Source: Squalus acanthias
Lineage: Eukaryota
Length of the DNA: 64,000 bases
Reading direction: 5' to 3'
Assembly: GCA_030390025.1 (NCBI GenBank)
Contig: CM059432.1
Location: 134,604,001-134,668,000 of the forward strand
The position numbers and the translations under genes were made by a program. This document shows, in pieces, positions 51,891 through 64,000 of this stretch. A model generated the notes under the pieces. That model did no database searches. It worked only from the letters and a program-made list of their open reading frames with translations, and had not been told where the DNA came from. Each line of letters starts with the position of its first letter. Positions within the stretch are counted from its first letter, which is position 1.

Positions 51891-52549
51891 TGCAATAATG
51901 CTGTACACATACGAGTTTTAAATTGTCCTCTCTGCTCTCTTCCTTGCCCTTCCAAGGAGACAGCTGTGTATGCACAAATTTACAAAATCACATACTTGTG
52001 ATTTATTTATACTTGGGCATAAGATGCTGGCTTAATACAAATTTAACTAAACCTTGAAAATACACTCGCTTTATACAAGATAAAATTCCAGGTGAGATGA
52101 TGGCCAAAATGTATTATTTTTTTTTAAATGCAAGAGTTCCTTTAAACATTGTGCAAAACCTGAACTTTGTTAGCACATATACAAATAAGGCTCCTATGAT
52201 GTCTCTGAATAAATGCACTATCCAGTATGGTCTTGAGTCATACAATCAAGAACATCCCAACTTCAACCCCTGGTCTGTAGGGGTAGGTAGGTAATATTTT
52301 CCTCATGACACACACACTGAACGTGATACCAGACAGACTCCCCGCTGGTGATTGATAAACGTTCAAACCCCATTTGCAGCTGAGAGCTAACTACATTGCA
52401 TTGATTTTTAACTCTCATTCATGCAAGGCAATTTTCAGAACAGAAAACACACTTTGACAAAGTAAAAAAAAAACACAAGGTGATATCAGTAGATTGGGGA
52501 ACAGTCCTTCAAATCCATCTGAAAGCAAATGGGATTAAATTAGGAAAGG

Positions 52550-52910
52550 TTTGAAGAGGGCTTGACAGGGTAGATGCTGAGAGGCTGTTTTCCCTGGTAG
52601 AGAGTCTAGAACTAGAGGTCATAGTCTCAGGATACAGGGTCAGCCATTTAGGACTGAGATGAGGAGAAGTTTCTTCACTCAGGGGGCTGTGAATGTTTGG
52701 AATTCTCTACCACAGAGGGCTGTGGATGCTCAGTCGTTGAGTATATTCAAAACTGAGATCAATCGATTTTTGAGCACTAAGGGAATCAAGGGACATGGGG
52801 ATAGGGCGGGAAAGTGGAGTTGATGTAGAAGTTCAGCCATGATCTTATTGAATGGCGGAGCAGGCTCGAGGGGCTGTATGGCCTACTCCTGCTCCTATTT
52901 CTTTCTTATG
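52550..52910 (+). mobile_element. CR1 3' end
   Basis: Colinear with the 16550 copy. Confidence 0.88.
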
Positions 52911-53162
52911 TTTGTTTGGTCAATCTTGTCCTGTGGGGATGCAACTGCACAGCACAAAACTGGCCATAATTCTTGTTCAGAAATGATCAACTCTCAGGAG
53001 CAACAAAATGCTACACTGATATGAATACAGCGTTCTGTGATAACTAGCATGCGCGAAATAGAAATTAATTTAAGATGTGACAAAAAAAACACATCGGTTG
53101 TGTCAGCACTAAATGTAAAGAGTTGGGAAGGAGGCTCATAGTGGGATTTCTCCAATCGTTCT

Positions 53163-53325
53163 GGACTAGAAAATCGTCTCGAGCTGTGATGAGTAATGGG
53201 CGGTATCAGATCGGCCGCTCGTTATACGCAGCGCCCAATATTCAGTTCCGTTGACCGCAATAGAACTGAATATCAGGTGCTGCGTATAACGGGCCGCCGA
53301 TCCGATACCGTCCACTTCTAGGCCC
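53163..53325. mobile_element. Palindromic MITE
   Basis: GGACTAGAA ... TTCTAGGCCC ends; internal hairpin 53197-53314. Confidence 0.65.
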
Positions 53326-53499
53326 AAGACTTTAAAATGGTTGAACTTTTTATAAAAATGATTGTAAAATGTATTGTCATCTCCTAGAAGGCGCCCTTCT
53401 TTTTTAAAATAAATATTTTTCTAATTTCCACACTTTCAACCCACCACCCTCCAGACCAATTGCATTAACAACCCTGCACTGTATCACATGATAATGGTT

Positions 53500-53760
53500 T
53501 GCTCATCATTTGTCAATGACGACAGCCTATGATTCATCTCTAATTAATACATGTTGTGGCTTCTCATATCACTGTAAAGTTCCGATTTCCCAAGGAATGT
53601 TCTCCCACACACTGGACATCGGATGTCAGATTGACCAGAGGGCTGATCTTTCCTTGATTTCCTTTGGCCTCTCTTTCCTTCAGCTAGCTGGATACGACTC
53701 GCTTCAAGCTTTCTCAAGCAAAACTTGCTTTAAACAGCTTAACATGCTGTTTTGGAAATA
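53500..53760 (-). mobile_element. Old RTE-clade LINE 3' end
   Basis: Minus frame RKLEASRIQLAEGKRGQRKSRK...IRCPVCGRTFLGKSELYSDMRSH resembles the RTE C-terminal zinc-finger tail. Confidence 0.65.
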
Positions 53761-54679
53761 GTATAAGGCACCGGAGAAATTTGTCCGGTCCGCTGTAGGC
53801 AAAATAGTGGCCCTGATGAAGGCAACAGAAGGGCTATGTGGTGATAGTAGAATTCCTATACTAGTGTTTCTCTACCATAAATCCAATGAAAGCAAATCAA
53901 TCTAGGCACCTTAAAATAAAACAAATTAATGAACAGTCATTTATTTGAGGAGCTTATGATCCACTTTCAAGGCAGAAAGCCGCGCCACAAGGAGTCATAT
54001 TGCCAAGAGCTATGGGAAGTAAGTGATCTGACCATGGATTCACATATACAAGGTGTGATTTGGGACTGTAGTTTATATGTTGATTGAATTCATTTTTGCT
54101 AGTCGTAAAACACACAATGTTAAAATTGGTTACTGCTAGCTATTGCTGCAAACGGCACAGAATACACGTCTTAGAATAGTTGATATGTGTGGCTTGATTA
54201 CTGTCATTGTATTTGGATGGGTATCTAACCAACAGCTCTTTTAAAGTGTTTGAAAAAGATCAAATCATATAATTCAAGTAAAAGTATCCTGGGGAGCAGC
54301 TTAGATGTTTGTTTGACAGCTATACCCCTGTGGGAAAATGCTGTGGTTATGGATAACCACCTAATTGAGTGAAGAGATACACCGTTTTTAATGCCTCTTT
54401 GTTTCGGGATGTCTTCAAAAGAATTTGGAGCTATATCTCGGGCGGTATTTCCTAAAGACTGCAATCAGTCTGGAGCGGTCAGGGATACAAGGCTAGTCAG
54501 AGGATGCTGTGGTACCCATTTCACACAGAACAAGCACACTGCAGTCCTGAATGTCGGGAAATGACATGCTGGACATTACAACGCCCCCGTCCCTCGCCAC
54601 GGCTATTTAAGTGAAGTGCCTGCCTGTTTGTGGTGGGTATGTCCGACACAGTTGATCCCCAACCTCCAGAAATGACACC

Positions 54680-55229
54680 ATGGTCTCCATATTAAAAAAA
54701 GAATATAGAAGCGCAGGAGAAAGTGCAAAAAAGATTTACAAGGATGATACCAGAACTGAGGGGTTATAACTATCAGGAAAGACTGAAGAGGCTGGGGCTC
54801 TTTTCTCTAGAAAATAAAAGACTGAGGGGTGACCCGATAGAGGTCTTTAAAATGATGAAGGGGTTCGATAGAGTAGACATTGGGACATTTCCACTTGTGG
54901 CGGGGGAGGGGGGGTGCGGGCGGAGTCCAAAACCAGGGGCTATAAATATGAGATTGTCACTAATAAATCCAATAAGGAATTCAGGAGAAACTTTTTACCC
55001 AGAGAGTGGTGAGAATGTGCAACGTACTACCACATGGAGTAGTTGAGGCAAATAGAATAGATGCATTTAAAGAAAAGCTAGATAAACACATGAAGGAAAA
55101 AGGAATAGAAGGATATGTTGACAGGGTGAGATGAAGTAAATATAGAGTGAGAGAAGGCTTGTGTGGAGCATAAATACCAGCATAGACCAGTTGGGCCGAA
55201 TGGCCTGTTTCTGTGCTGTAAATTCTATG
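54680..55229 (+). mobile_element. CR1 3' portion
   Basis: QKRFTRMIPELRGYNYQERLKRLGLFSLE. Confidence 0.9.
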
Positions 55230-55389
55230 GTGCAAAGTGGGCAGAGATCCAGCAGGTCAGAACTCACACCTATTTTCTGCTACTCAATTCACACTGCATC
55301 AATGGACACCCAGCAGCGGTACATCTATGCCATAGCCCTGGAGCCCCTTTTTCAGTGCGAGCAAAATTCCAGATTTGTCTTGGGATGAG

Positions 55390-55954
55390 ACACATGCGTA
55401 GAGGCCCACGTATCCCAGGGGCGCAAGCGGTTCACAAGCGCTCCTGGGATCACGAGGGCCAGCCAATGAAAGAAGGGAATCCCCATTCATACTTTTGACA
55501 GTTCTATACGTACGGAACTGGCAAAAGTATGAATGGAAATTACTTAAAAAATACACGAACACATGAAATAATTTTTTTTTAAATTACATATATAAAATTA
55601 ACTAAAATGGCATTTAATTAAATATTTTAAACAAAAATGTATTTTTTGGAAAAAATTTTAAAATATGTTTTAACAGGGCTAAAAATAAACTTACCTTATT
55701 GGACAAGGTTTTTAATGTACAAGTGAGTGATAACATTTTATTTTTCTATTTTTTTTAAAAACTCTTTTACCAGGCGTAAGAATTCCACAGCCTTCCAACT
55801 CTCCACCCGCAGAAGCCCTTTTCCCGGGGATGCGGAGATCGCAAGTGCCGGGTTTCAGCGCACGTGCTTCGCATGCCTAAACCCGGCACTTGCGCGGCAC
55901 CTACAGGCGCGTGCGCACCTCGTACGCACCCGTAGGGGTCGCAAAATACAGCCC
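55390..55954. mobile_element. Harbinger-type MITE (hairpin-array family, copy C, left end lost)
   Basis: ggcccacgtatcccagggg...ctgggatcacg, AT core, hairpins, end CAAAATACAGCCC. Confidence 0.8.
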
Positions 55955-55955
55955 A

Positions 55956-56112
55956 TTATCTGGTCATTATCACATTGCTGTTTGTGGGAGTTTGCTGTGC
56001 GCAAATAGGCTGCTGCGTTGCCTGCATTACAACAGTTCAAAGAAACACTTCAAAAGTATTTAATTGGCTGTAAAGCGCTTGGGACGTGACAGGCGCTATA
56101 TAAATGCAAGTC
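55956..56112 (+). mobile_element. Deu-domain SINE 3' half
   Basis: SINE body and tail. Confidence 0.75.
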
Positions 56113-57057
56113 CTCATTTCTTCCCGTGCGAAATCAGAGTGAGCATTAGCGCGCTTTCCAACCTTGGGAAGCCATCATAGCCGAGCTCAGTGCAGTCCTC
56201 ACCAGTCATTTGCACAGCAGGAAATCACTGAATCACAACCGAGATCAGGAACTCTGGGCGATTTTCTGAGAGTCACCTTTTTAAAATAAATATAAATGCT
56301 AAAATGTGTTTCTGCCATAAAGAAAGCTAACCATGAATGATGTGAGACATTACCACCCATTAAAGGTTTTCTGATTTTGTTGGATGCATTAAAATAGATG
56401 GAGATGGTTTGAAATAGGAAACCAAGTGCACAACTGAGCCGCAGGTTTAACATTAATTAACATTTTGAAATTTAGGCCAGCATCTGTAAAACAACAAATT
56501 ATACCCGTAGGGAAGAAATGAGTCTATATTTATATACTAAATCAGCATGTGGCATCCAATATTTCCTCAATCAAAAAGTTATTCAATTAGAAATCAATGT
56601 GTCCTGGTAATAATAATTAAAAAAAACCTGCTGTATATACTAAAATCAGCTCCAACCAGAAGAAAGTCCATTTCATGTGGAACATTATGCTTGATAATTG
56701 TCTTATGACTGAATGTACACAGAAGGAAAGGCTAATATTTGCCCTTTCAGTTGAATTTTTGAGCCATATCTAAAATGTGACATTGTTCATTACCACACAT
56801 GTTCTGTCACTTCAAAGAAAATATTCACAGAAAAGGACTCGAATAACAGAAAATACCCAACATTATTTTTGGTTTTGTCATAGTAAATAGTCCATGATAA
56901 TGAATTATTGTCCTAAAATAAAACACAAAAATTATTCGCATTACAATCACGGGCGCACACCAAAGTAACTAATTTAATGTTTTTTGTGGTAGAATGTTAC
57001 ACAATGAGACATTTTCAGATGTGCACCTTCAGTTCCCCTCATTTGCACCACTTACAG

Positions 57058-57452
57058 GTCAACTGGCTCAGTTCGTGGCAGTCTTGCTTAAATGAGAAGG
57101 TTGTGGGTTCAAGTCTCCCTGTGGATTTGAGCCCACAATCTAGGCTGACAATTCACTGCAGTACTGAGAGAGTGCTGCACTGTTGGAGGTGCCTTCTTTC
57201 AGATGAGATGTTAAACGGACGCCTGCCTGCACAGGCAGACGTACACGATCCCCGAGCATGATTTGAAGAGCAGGGAACACCACAGAAAACAGATAATCTG
57301 GCCGTTTATTCATTGGCTGTTTGCGGGGCCTAGCTGTGTGTAAATTGGCTGCCATATTTTCCCACATAATAATAGGGAATGCAGTCAAAAGAAATACATT
57401 GGTTGTAAGATGCTTTGAAGATAGGTGCTATATAAATGCAAGTTCTGTCTTT
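57058..57452 (+). mobile_element. Degenerate Deu-domain SINE
   Basis: A/B boxes, Deu core, tail. Confidence 0.75.
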
Positions 57453-57731
57453 CTTGCATGCTGTCCTTGGTAACAGCATCCATAAACACAAAGCCAGCAT
57501 CAGCACGTACGACTCAGACAGCCAGCTCTATCTTTCCGCCTCCACAAACAACTCCAAGGCAATGTTGCCATACTCTGACCGCCTGTGCTATAAGTCCTTC
57601 AGAAGCCAAAATTTCCTTCAGCTCAACGCTGAAAAAACAAAGACGTCCACCTCAACTTCCACTAGACTTCAGTGCATATTTCAGTCCAAAGGCTCTTGGG
57701 GATGGTGCTGACAATCCTGAGCAGGGGAGTT

Positions 57732-59985
57732 ACATAGAAACATAGAAGATAGGAGCAGGAGTAGGCCATTCGGCCCCTCGAGCCTGCTCCGCCATTCGAT
57801 GAGATCATGGCTGATCATCCAAACTCAGTACCCTGTCCCTGCCTTCTCCCCATATCCCTTGATACCTTTAGCCTTAAGAAATATATCTAACTCCTTCTTG
57901 AATATATTTACTGACTTGGCTTCAACTGCCTTCTGTGGTAGAGATTTCCACAGGTTCACCACTCTCTGGGTGAAGAAAATCCTCCTCATCTCAGTCCTAA
58001 ATGGCTTACCCCTTATCTTTAGACTGTGACCTCTTGTTCTGGACTCCCCCGCCATCGGGAACATCCTTCCTGCATCCAGTCTGTCTAGCCCTGTTAGAAT
58101 TTTATAAGTTTCAATGAGATCTCCTCTCATTCTTCTAAACTCCAGCGAGTATAAGCCCAATCGACCCAATCTCTCCTCGTACGTCATTCCTGCCATCCCA
58201 GGTATCAGTCTGGTGAATCTTCGCTGCACACCCTCCATGGCAAGAACATCCTTCCTCAGATAAGGCGACCAAAACTGCACACAATACTCAAGGTGTGGTC
58301 TCACCAAGGCCCTGTACAACTGCAGCAAGACATCCTTGTCCCTGTACTCAAACCCTCTCGCTACGAAGGCCAACATACCATTTGCCTTCTTAACCGCCTG
58401 CTGTACCTGCATGCTTACCTTCAGCGACTGGTGCACAAGGACACCCAGGTCTCGTTGCACTTCCCCTTCTCCCAATCTATTGCCGTTCAGATAATAATCT
58501 GCCTTTCTGTTTTTGCCACCAAAGTGGATAACCTCGCATTTATCCACATTATACTGCATCTGCCATGCTTCTGCCCAATCACCCAACCTGTCCAAATCAT
58601 ACTGGAGTTTCTCAGCATCCTCCTCGCAGCACACACGCCCACCCAGCTTTGTCTCATCTGCAAACTTAGAGATATTACATCTAGTTCCCTCGTCTAGATC
58701 ATTAATATATATAGTGAATAGCTGGGGTCCTAGGACCGATCCCTGCGGAACCCCACTAGTCACTGCCTGCCACTCGGAAAAAGACCCGTTTATTCTAACT
58801 CTTTGCTTCCTGTCTGCCAACCAGTTCTCTATCCAAGTCAGTACCTTGCCCCCAATCCCATGTGCCTTAACTTTACACGCTAATCTCTTATGCGGGACCT
58901 TATCGAAAGCCTTCTGAAAGTCCAAATACACCACATCCACTGGTTCTCCCTTATCTATTCTATCAGTTACATCCTCAAAAAATTCCAGTAGATTAGTCAA
59001 GCACGATTTACCTTTTGTAAATCCATGTTGACTTTGTCCAATCCTGTCACTGTTTTCCAAGTGCTCTGCTATTACATCTTTTATAATGGACTCTAGCATT
59101 TTCCCCACAACCGATGTCAGGCTTACCCATAATTCCCCGTTTTTTCTTTACCACCTTTTTTGAACAGTGGGGTAACATTAGCTACCCTCCAATCCATGGG
59201 AACTGTTCCAGAGTCTATAGAATTTTTGGAAGATGACCAGCAATGCATCTACTATTTCTAGGGCCACTTCCTTAAGTACCCTAGGATGTAGATTATCAGG
59301 CCTTGGGGATTTATCGGCCTTTAATGCCGTCAATTTCCCTAACAATACTAATTTCATTCAGTTCCTCCCTCTCATTGGACCCTATGTTCCCCGACATCTC
59401 TGGGAGGTTATTTGTGCTCTCCTTTGTGAAGACAGAGCCAAAGTATGTATTTAATTGGTCTGCCATTTCTTTGTTCCCCATTATAAATTCCCCTGATTCT
59501 GACTGCAAGGGACCTACGCTTGACTTCACCAATCTTGTTCTCTTCACATATCTATAAAAGCTTTTACAGTCAGTTTTTATGTTCCCTGCAAGCTTACGCT
59601 CGTACTCTATTTTCCCCCTCTTAATTAATCCCTTTGTCCTCCTTTGCTGAATCCTAAACTGCTCCCAATCCTCAGGTTTACTGCTTTTTCTGGCCAATTT
59701 ATATGTCCTCTCCTTGGATCTTATGCTATCCCTGATTTCCCTTGTCAGCCATGGTTGAGTCACCTTTTTTGTTTTATTTTTATGCCAGACAGGGATGAAC
59801 AAATTCTGTAGCTCATCCATGCGATCTTTGAATGTTTGCCATTGCCTATCCACCGTCAACCCTTTGAGTAACATTCCCCCAATCTATCCTACCCAACTCG
59901 CGCCTCATACCATCGTAGTTTCCTTTATTTAAATTCAGGACCCTAGTCTCTGAGTCAACTATTTCATTCTCCATCTTAATGAATC
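57732..59985 (-). mobile_element. CR1 LINE, relatively young (427-aa uninterrupted RT/C-terminal ORF)
   Basis: ORF 57825-59108 with complete RT motifs (FADE instead of FADD); upstream ORF 59311-59874. Confidence 0.97.
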
Positions 59986-60216
59986 CCCGGTTCTCCCCGG
60001 TGTCCCGGTTAATATTTATCCCTCAACCAACATAATTAAAAAACAGATTATCTGGTCATTATCTCATTGCTGTTTGTGGGATCTTGCTGTGTGCAATTTG
60101 GCTGCCGCATTTCTAACATTACAACAGTGACTACACTTCAAAAGTACTTAATTGGCTTTAAAGCGCTTTGGGACGTCCTGAGGTCATTAAAGGCGCTATA
60201 TAAATGCAAGTCTTTC
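59985..60216 (+). mobile_element. Deu-domain SINE 3' half
   Basis: SINE body and tail. Confidence 0.8.
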
Positions 60217-60482
60217 ATTCCTTCTGATCTAGGAGGTGGTATTGCACATCATGCTAAAGTGCAGCAGTTTACACATCATCCAGGTCTCGCACACCTACTA
60301 ATGCCTTGGTCAGTACAATTTAATTAGCACCCAGGATGAAGGCCCTATATATGACTAATTTCCAGAAATAGATTTTATCCCCCACACCATTTCTCATCTC
60401 CTTTAGGCACTTATTACTACTAACGTGGATTATCTTCTTCCTTCAACCAGAATTATGGGCCAGTCTAAGATGTCAATCTTAT

Positions 60483-61267
60483 GGCCTAGAAATTTGGGGG
60501 ACTACAGGGCTTATTCCCTGCGCCTGAATGGCGAGACCTGGGGCGCCCCATAATTTGGGCCTCGTGCCTCATTTCCATCGAGCCGGCGAGCTGCGGAGAG
60601 CAACAGGCAGTACGCTGGCAAAGCGGGATTGAAGTGGGCCGCTGCCATGTTCTCAGGTAAATGAAGGGGGCGCTCGGGGGGGGGAAATAGATAGTGGTGG
60701 CAACCGGCACAACAGGGGGGTGGGGGCTGCTGCGATCAACGGCGAAGGGAGGTTGCGGTGGCAATCGCAAGGGAGTGTAGAAGCAGTGATGGGGGTTAAC
60801 GGTGGCAATCGGGTGGAGGTGGGGAAGTGGTGCCTGGCAGTGTCCCACGTTTTTTGAATGTGGGGTCTGGAGCAGCAATCCTGCTCCTCCTGGCTCCACA
60901 TTCAGGTCAGTAAACTTTAAAAAAGGGGACCTTGTTGGTTGCAGCCGACCCGACAATCCCTTTAAGGGCCGCATGTAGGCCTGGTGTTCCTGGGTGCAGG
61001 TAGCGCTGGCACTGGCTGCCTCAGGTCAAACCAATCTTGCAGTGAGGGCCTCAAACAGGCATAAGGCCCCTTATTTGCATATGCACAGGGGGCCTAACGC
61101 CTGTTTCTGGCCTGGGCACTGCACGCCAAATTTTTGGCCTTTACCAATATGGCGGGCAGCGCACCTCCAGCTTGTAATGAGTGTGTGCTTCCTGCCCGCC
61201 ATATTGGAGGCTTAAGAGGTCATTTAGTGCCTGAAAAATGGGCACGGCTCGGCCAAATTGCTAGGCC
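60483..61267. mobile_element. Harbinger-type MITE
   Basis: TIRs GGCCTAGAAATTTGG / CCAAATTGCTAGGCC; flanks tat/cat. Confidence 0.8.
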
Positions 61268-61320
61268 CATAATTCTTCATAACCCACATTAGTACATCAG
61301 AAATGTTAAAAAAAATGTTT

Positions 61321-61452
61321 AGAACACAAGAAATAGGAGCAGAAGTAGGGCATACGGCCCCTCGCGCCTGCTCTGCCATTCAATAAAATCATGGCTGATC
61401 TTCCACCTCAACTCCACTTTCCCGCCCTAGCCCCATATCCCTTGATTCCCTT
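61321..61452 (-). mobile_element. CR1 3' tip
   Basis: CR1 tail. Confidence 0.8.
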
Positions 61453-62269
61453 CAATTTGGTCTTTAAAAAAAAAAAAAATCTCATCAAGAAAACTGATTT
61501 GGCTTCATATATTTTTCTAAATCTATTCTACACCATATCATATCCTTTATTCTAATACATTAGGAACTATGGAATTGCCGAAGAAAACAACAAAGCTTAT
61601 CAGTGAACTGTGGAGGGAGCTTTAACTAATGGCCAGTGTCTGTCAGGAAATGAATCAAGTCAAACAAATTTCACTTAGTAGTGGTTGGAAAGAACAGCTT
61701 TCGTTTAGAGAACGCCCAGATTTTACAGTGAAAGAGCACTAATTGAAGATGATTATTTTGTAACAATCTGATTTATTTGTTGTCTGTATTGTTCCCAGTT
61801 TTAGGATACTGCTGTAATAAGATGATTGCTCAATAATTCAACTGATTACGTCACTTATTACCAAAGGTTACTTTTGACCCCTAGCATTTCTACTTAATAA
61901 ATGGCAAATGCCAATTTATGAGAGATTTTAAAATGTCAATGAAATTAACCCAGGGCTTCTTGATTATTATTTATGCCGGAAGCTTCAGGCCATTTGGCCC
62001 TTGAGTGATCTAAGGCAAAGGCATTGTTCAACTATAAACCTCCAGTTAATCACAGGTGGTGGTCGAATACCAACTGTTTTTGAGAAGAAAAAGAAGTTAC
62101 TGAAAACTTTTTAAAGCCGGATGGTATAGAACAGATTTAGAGAAATGTATGGAGCCAAATCAGTTTTCTTGACGACATCTTTTTAAAGACCAAATTAAAC
62201 AGGTTGATCTTATTTTACATTACTGATGTCCTAACACTGACAAAAGTTGTTACCTTGAGAATGACCTAG

Positions 62270-62428
62270 AACGGTTGTGAAGAAGGGTCACAGACCTGAA
62301 ACGTTAACTCTGTTTCTCTCTCCACGGATGCTGCCTGGCCTGCTGAGTGTTTCCAGCGTTTTCTGTTGTTACTAGCATGGACATGTTGGGCTGAATGGCC
62401 TGTTTCGGTGCTGTATATTCCATATAAT
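62270..62428 (+). mobile_element. Penelope terminal fragment (mutated hammerhead) abutting a CR1 tail
   Basis: ggttGtgaagaagggtcacagacctgaaacgttaact, then gggctgaatggcctgtttcggtgctgta. Confidence 0.7.
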
Positions 62429-62854
62429 ATGGCTCGGGCAAGACTACTAAACGGAGACTTAAATTCTTTAGCATTAGATATTATTCTTTAACGTCTTGCT
62501 GCTTCAACTTTCAAAGTATTTTTTTAAATGATTTCATATTTAAAGGATTGAGGTCCTAATTAATACTGACATTTGGCATCAGGGATGAGTTAAGCTGACC
62601 CTTTTGTCTCCCTAACAAAAGCCAGCAGTTGCTTAGGATTATTTGTTATCCATCTCCCTTTTCCTCCTTCACTCAGAGGTATGATTGCACAGGTGCCTAC
62701 AATGCCACTGAAGTGGGAATTCAGGCCTGCACTTGGCTAGTGAGTGCTGGCATGCTATTAAATAACAATGAATATATATTTGCATATATATGCAGTCTAC
62801 TCCTGTTAATTCAATTTTTGTGCTCATCAATTATTAACTTTGGATTAACAGGAA

Positions 62855-63175
62855 TTTAAAAAAGTATTATTTCTTGATATATGGGCGTCGCTAACAAGGC
62901 CAGCATTTGATTGCCCAGCCCTAGTTGCCTTGAGAAGCTGGTGGTGGTGAGCCTCCTTCTTGAACTGCTGCAGTCCTGTGTGGTGAAGGCACGTTCCCTT
63001 TAAGCTGCGCAGCACTCTGGAGGCCCCGCACAGCCGGCTCACTGGCTTTTAAATGAAAAAACCGCGCATGCGTGGAATTTTGAATGGGCTGCGCAGCCCG
63101 TTAAAGGGGCCTCGTAGTCCCCCCCAAAAATTAGAGGGAACATTTCTACCACAGTGCTGTTAAGTAAGGAGTAGG
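62855..63175 (-). mobile_element. LINE 3' end (36083 family) with an inserted hAT MITE at about 62989-63145
   Basis: Reverse complement of the 36430-36575 tail; insert cgttccctttaagctgcgc...ttagagggaacatt. Confidence 0.75.
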
Positions 63176-63749
63176 TTGTCGCGCCTTAGTACAGTGAAAT
63201 GTCTCAAAGTGTTTCAGGCAATGCATTAATTTTGGAGTGCCGTGACACTTGCTAGGTTGGCCAATGCAGGTTATTTGACTGTAGAGGCCTAATCCTGTTC
63301 ATATGTACACATGTGGAACACTGGACAAGATGGATCAAGAATGGGATCCTGACTGACTTCCCTTCACTAGCCAAGAGGGTGCTGAGGCAAATTAAAGCGC
63401 CCGTCACCATCTGGGTTAACAGCCCAGAACAGAGGTCAAACCTGGGACCTTGCTGGTCTGTATGATTCAGCAGTAAAGTGCAAAAGGCATTGTCACATCG
63501 CACGTGGTTGGTTTCGCTACAATAAAAATGGCACGCAGGTGTTTCCCCGTGACAAGTTACACTGTGCTTTGTTAACTGACAGACCATAAGTTTATGTACT
63601 CAATACAATTCCACAATAATTTGTCAAGCATATCTGGACAACGTAGATATTTGATCTTCATTGATCTGATGATGGCGACATCCATGTAAATAATGTGAGC
63701 ATTTGTTCTTTGGTGCCAAATTGTCACAAAAGCTCTATTAATTCATAAT

Positions 63750-64000
63750 GGGGCAGATTTTGCGGTGGGTAAGAAGGCGTACTCCGAGTACGGCATTATA
63801 CCGCCTTTGAAATTGACCGCAAGTTTGGGATTTCTGCATGCGCTTGCGCTAAATCCCAAACTTGCGATCTGTCAACATACGCCTTGACAGATGATCCGCA
63901 CCGCCTTGGAAATCCCAATTGCTGACGCAGAACTGGACTATTTGCCCACCAACTGACCAGCAATTGTGTACGAAAATTCTACGGCTGATGCAAATAGGCA
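63750..64000. mobile_element. Harbinger-type MITE (hairpin-array family, copy E; runs off the window)
   Basis: Starts aat|GGGGCAGATTTTG followed by three tandem hairpins, the third ATCTGTCAA..TTGACAGAT as in copy A. Confidence 0.65.

Larger units (their letters stand above)
3393..64000 (-). other. CTDP1: Probable terminal intron of CTDP1 (>60 kb, extends beyond the window)
   Basis: Acceptor at 3393-3394; no penultimate exon (expected VDDILGEGSDD-like sequence) found by eye in the window. Confidence 0.6.

Noticed and set aside
53580..53720. Possible host C2H2 zinc-finger exon
   Set aside because: The first His is missing and the context matches an RTE LINE C-terminus and tail.
57825..59108. 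Functional or domesticated RT gene
   Set aside because: Typical CR1 ORF2 piece with upstream frameshifts and catalytic FADD changed to FADE.
60486..60974. 162-aa Pro-rich ORF
   Set aside because: Lies within a GC-rich MITE, with no recognisable domain.

Overview
Vertebrate genomic DNA, almost certainly a cartilaginous fish (inferred from the CR1, DeuSINE, L2 and Penelope repeat landscape). The only host gene sequence I can support is the last coding exon and 3' UTR of CTDP1 (FCP1, RNA polymerase II CTD phosphatase) on the minus strand (about 2450-3392). No upstream CTDP1 exon was found by eye, so 3393-64000 appears to be one very long terminal intron filled with mobile elements. These include CR1 LINEs (one near full length with nested insertions), L2 and RTE fragments, tRNA/Deu-domain SINEs, a Neptune-type Penelope-like element, PIF/Harbinger derivatives (two with Myb/SANT gene remnants, many MITEs with 3-bp TSDs) and hAT MITEs. 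Points of most interest: (1) several minimal hammerhead ribozyme motifs carried by Penelope termini, including a roughly 200-bp palindrome with two back-to-back ribozymes and a 15-bp TSD; (2) a Harbinger MITE family whose copies keep a tandem three-hairpin architecture despite very different stem sequences; (3) triple nesting of CR1 > LTR-like insert > MITE. All calls are by eye, no database searches were run, and repeat boundaries are approximate unless a TIR or TSD is quoted.
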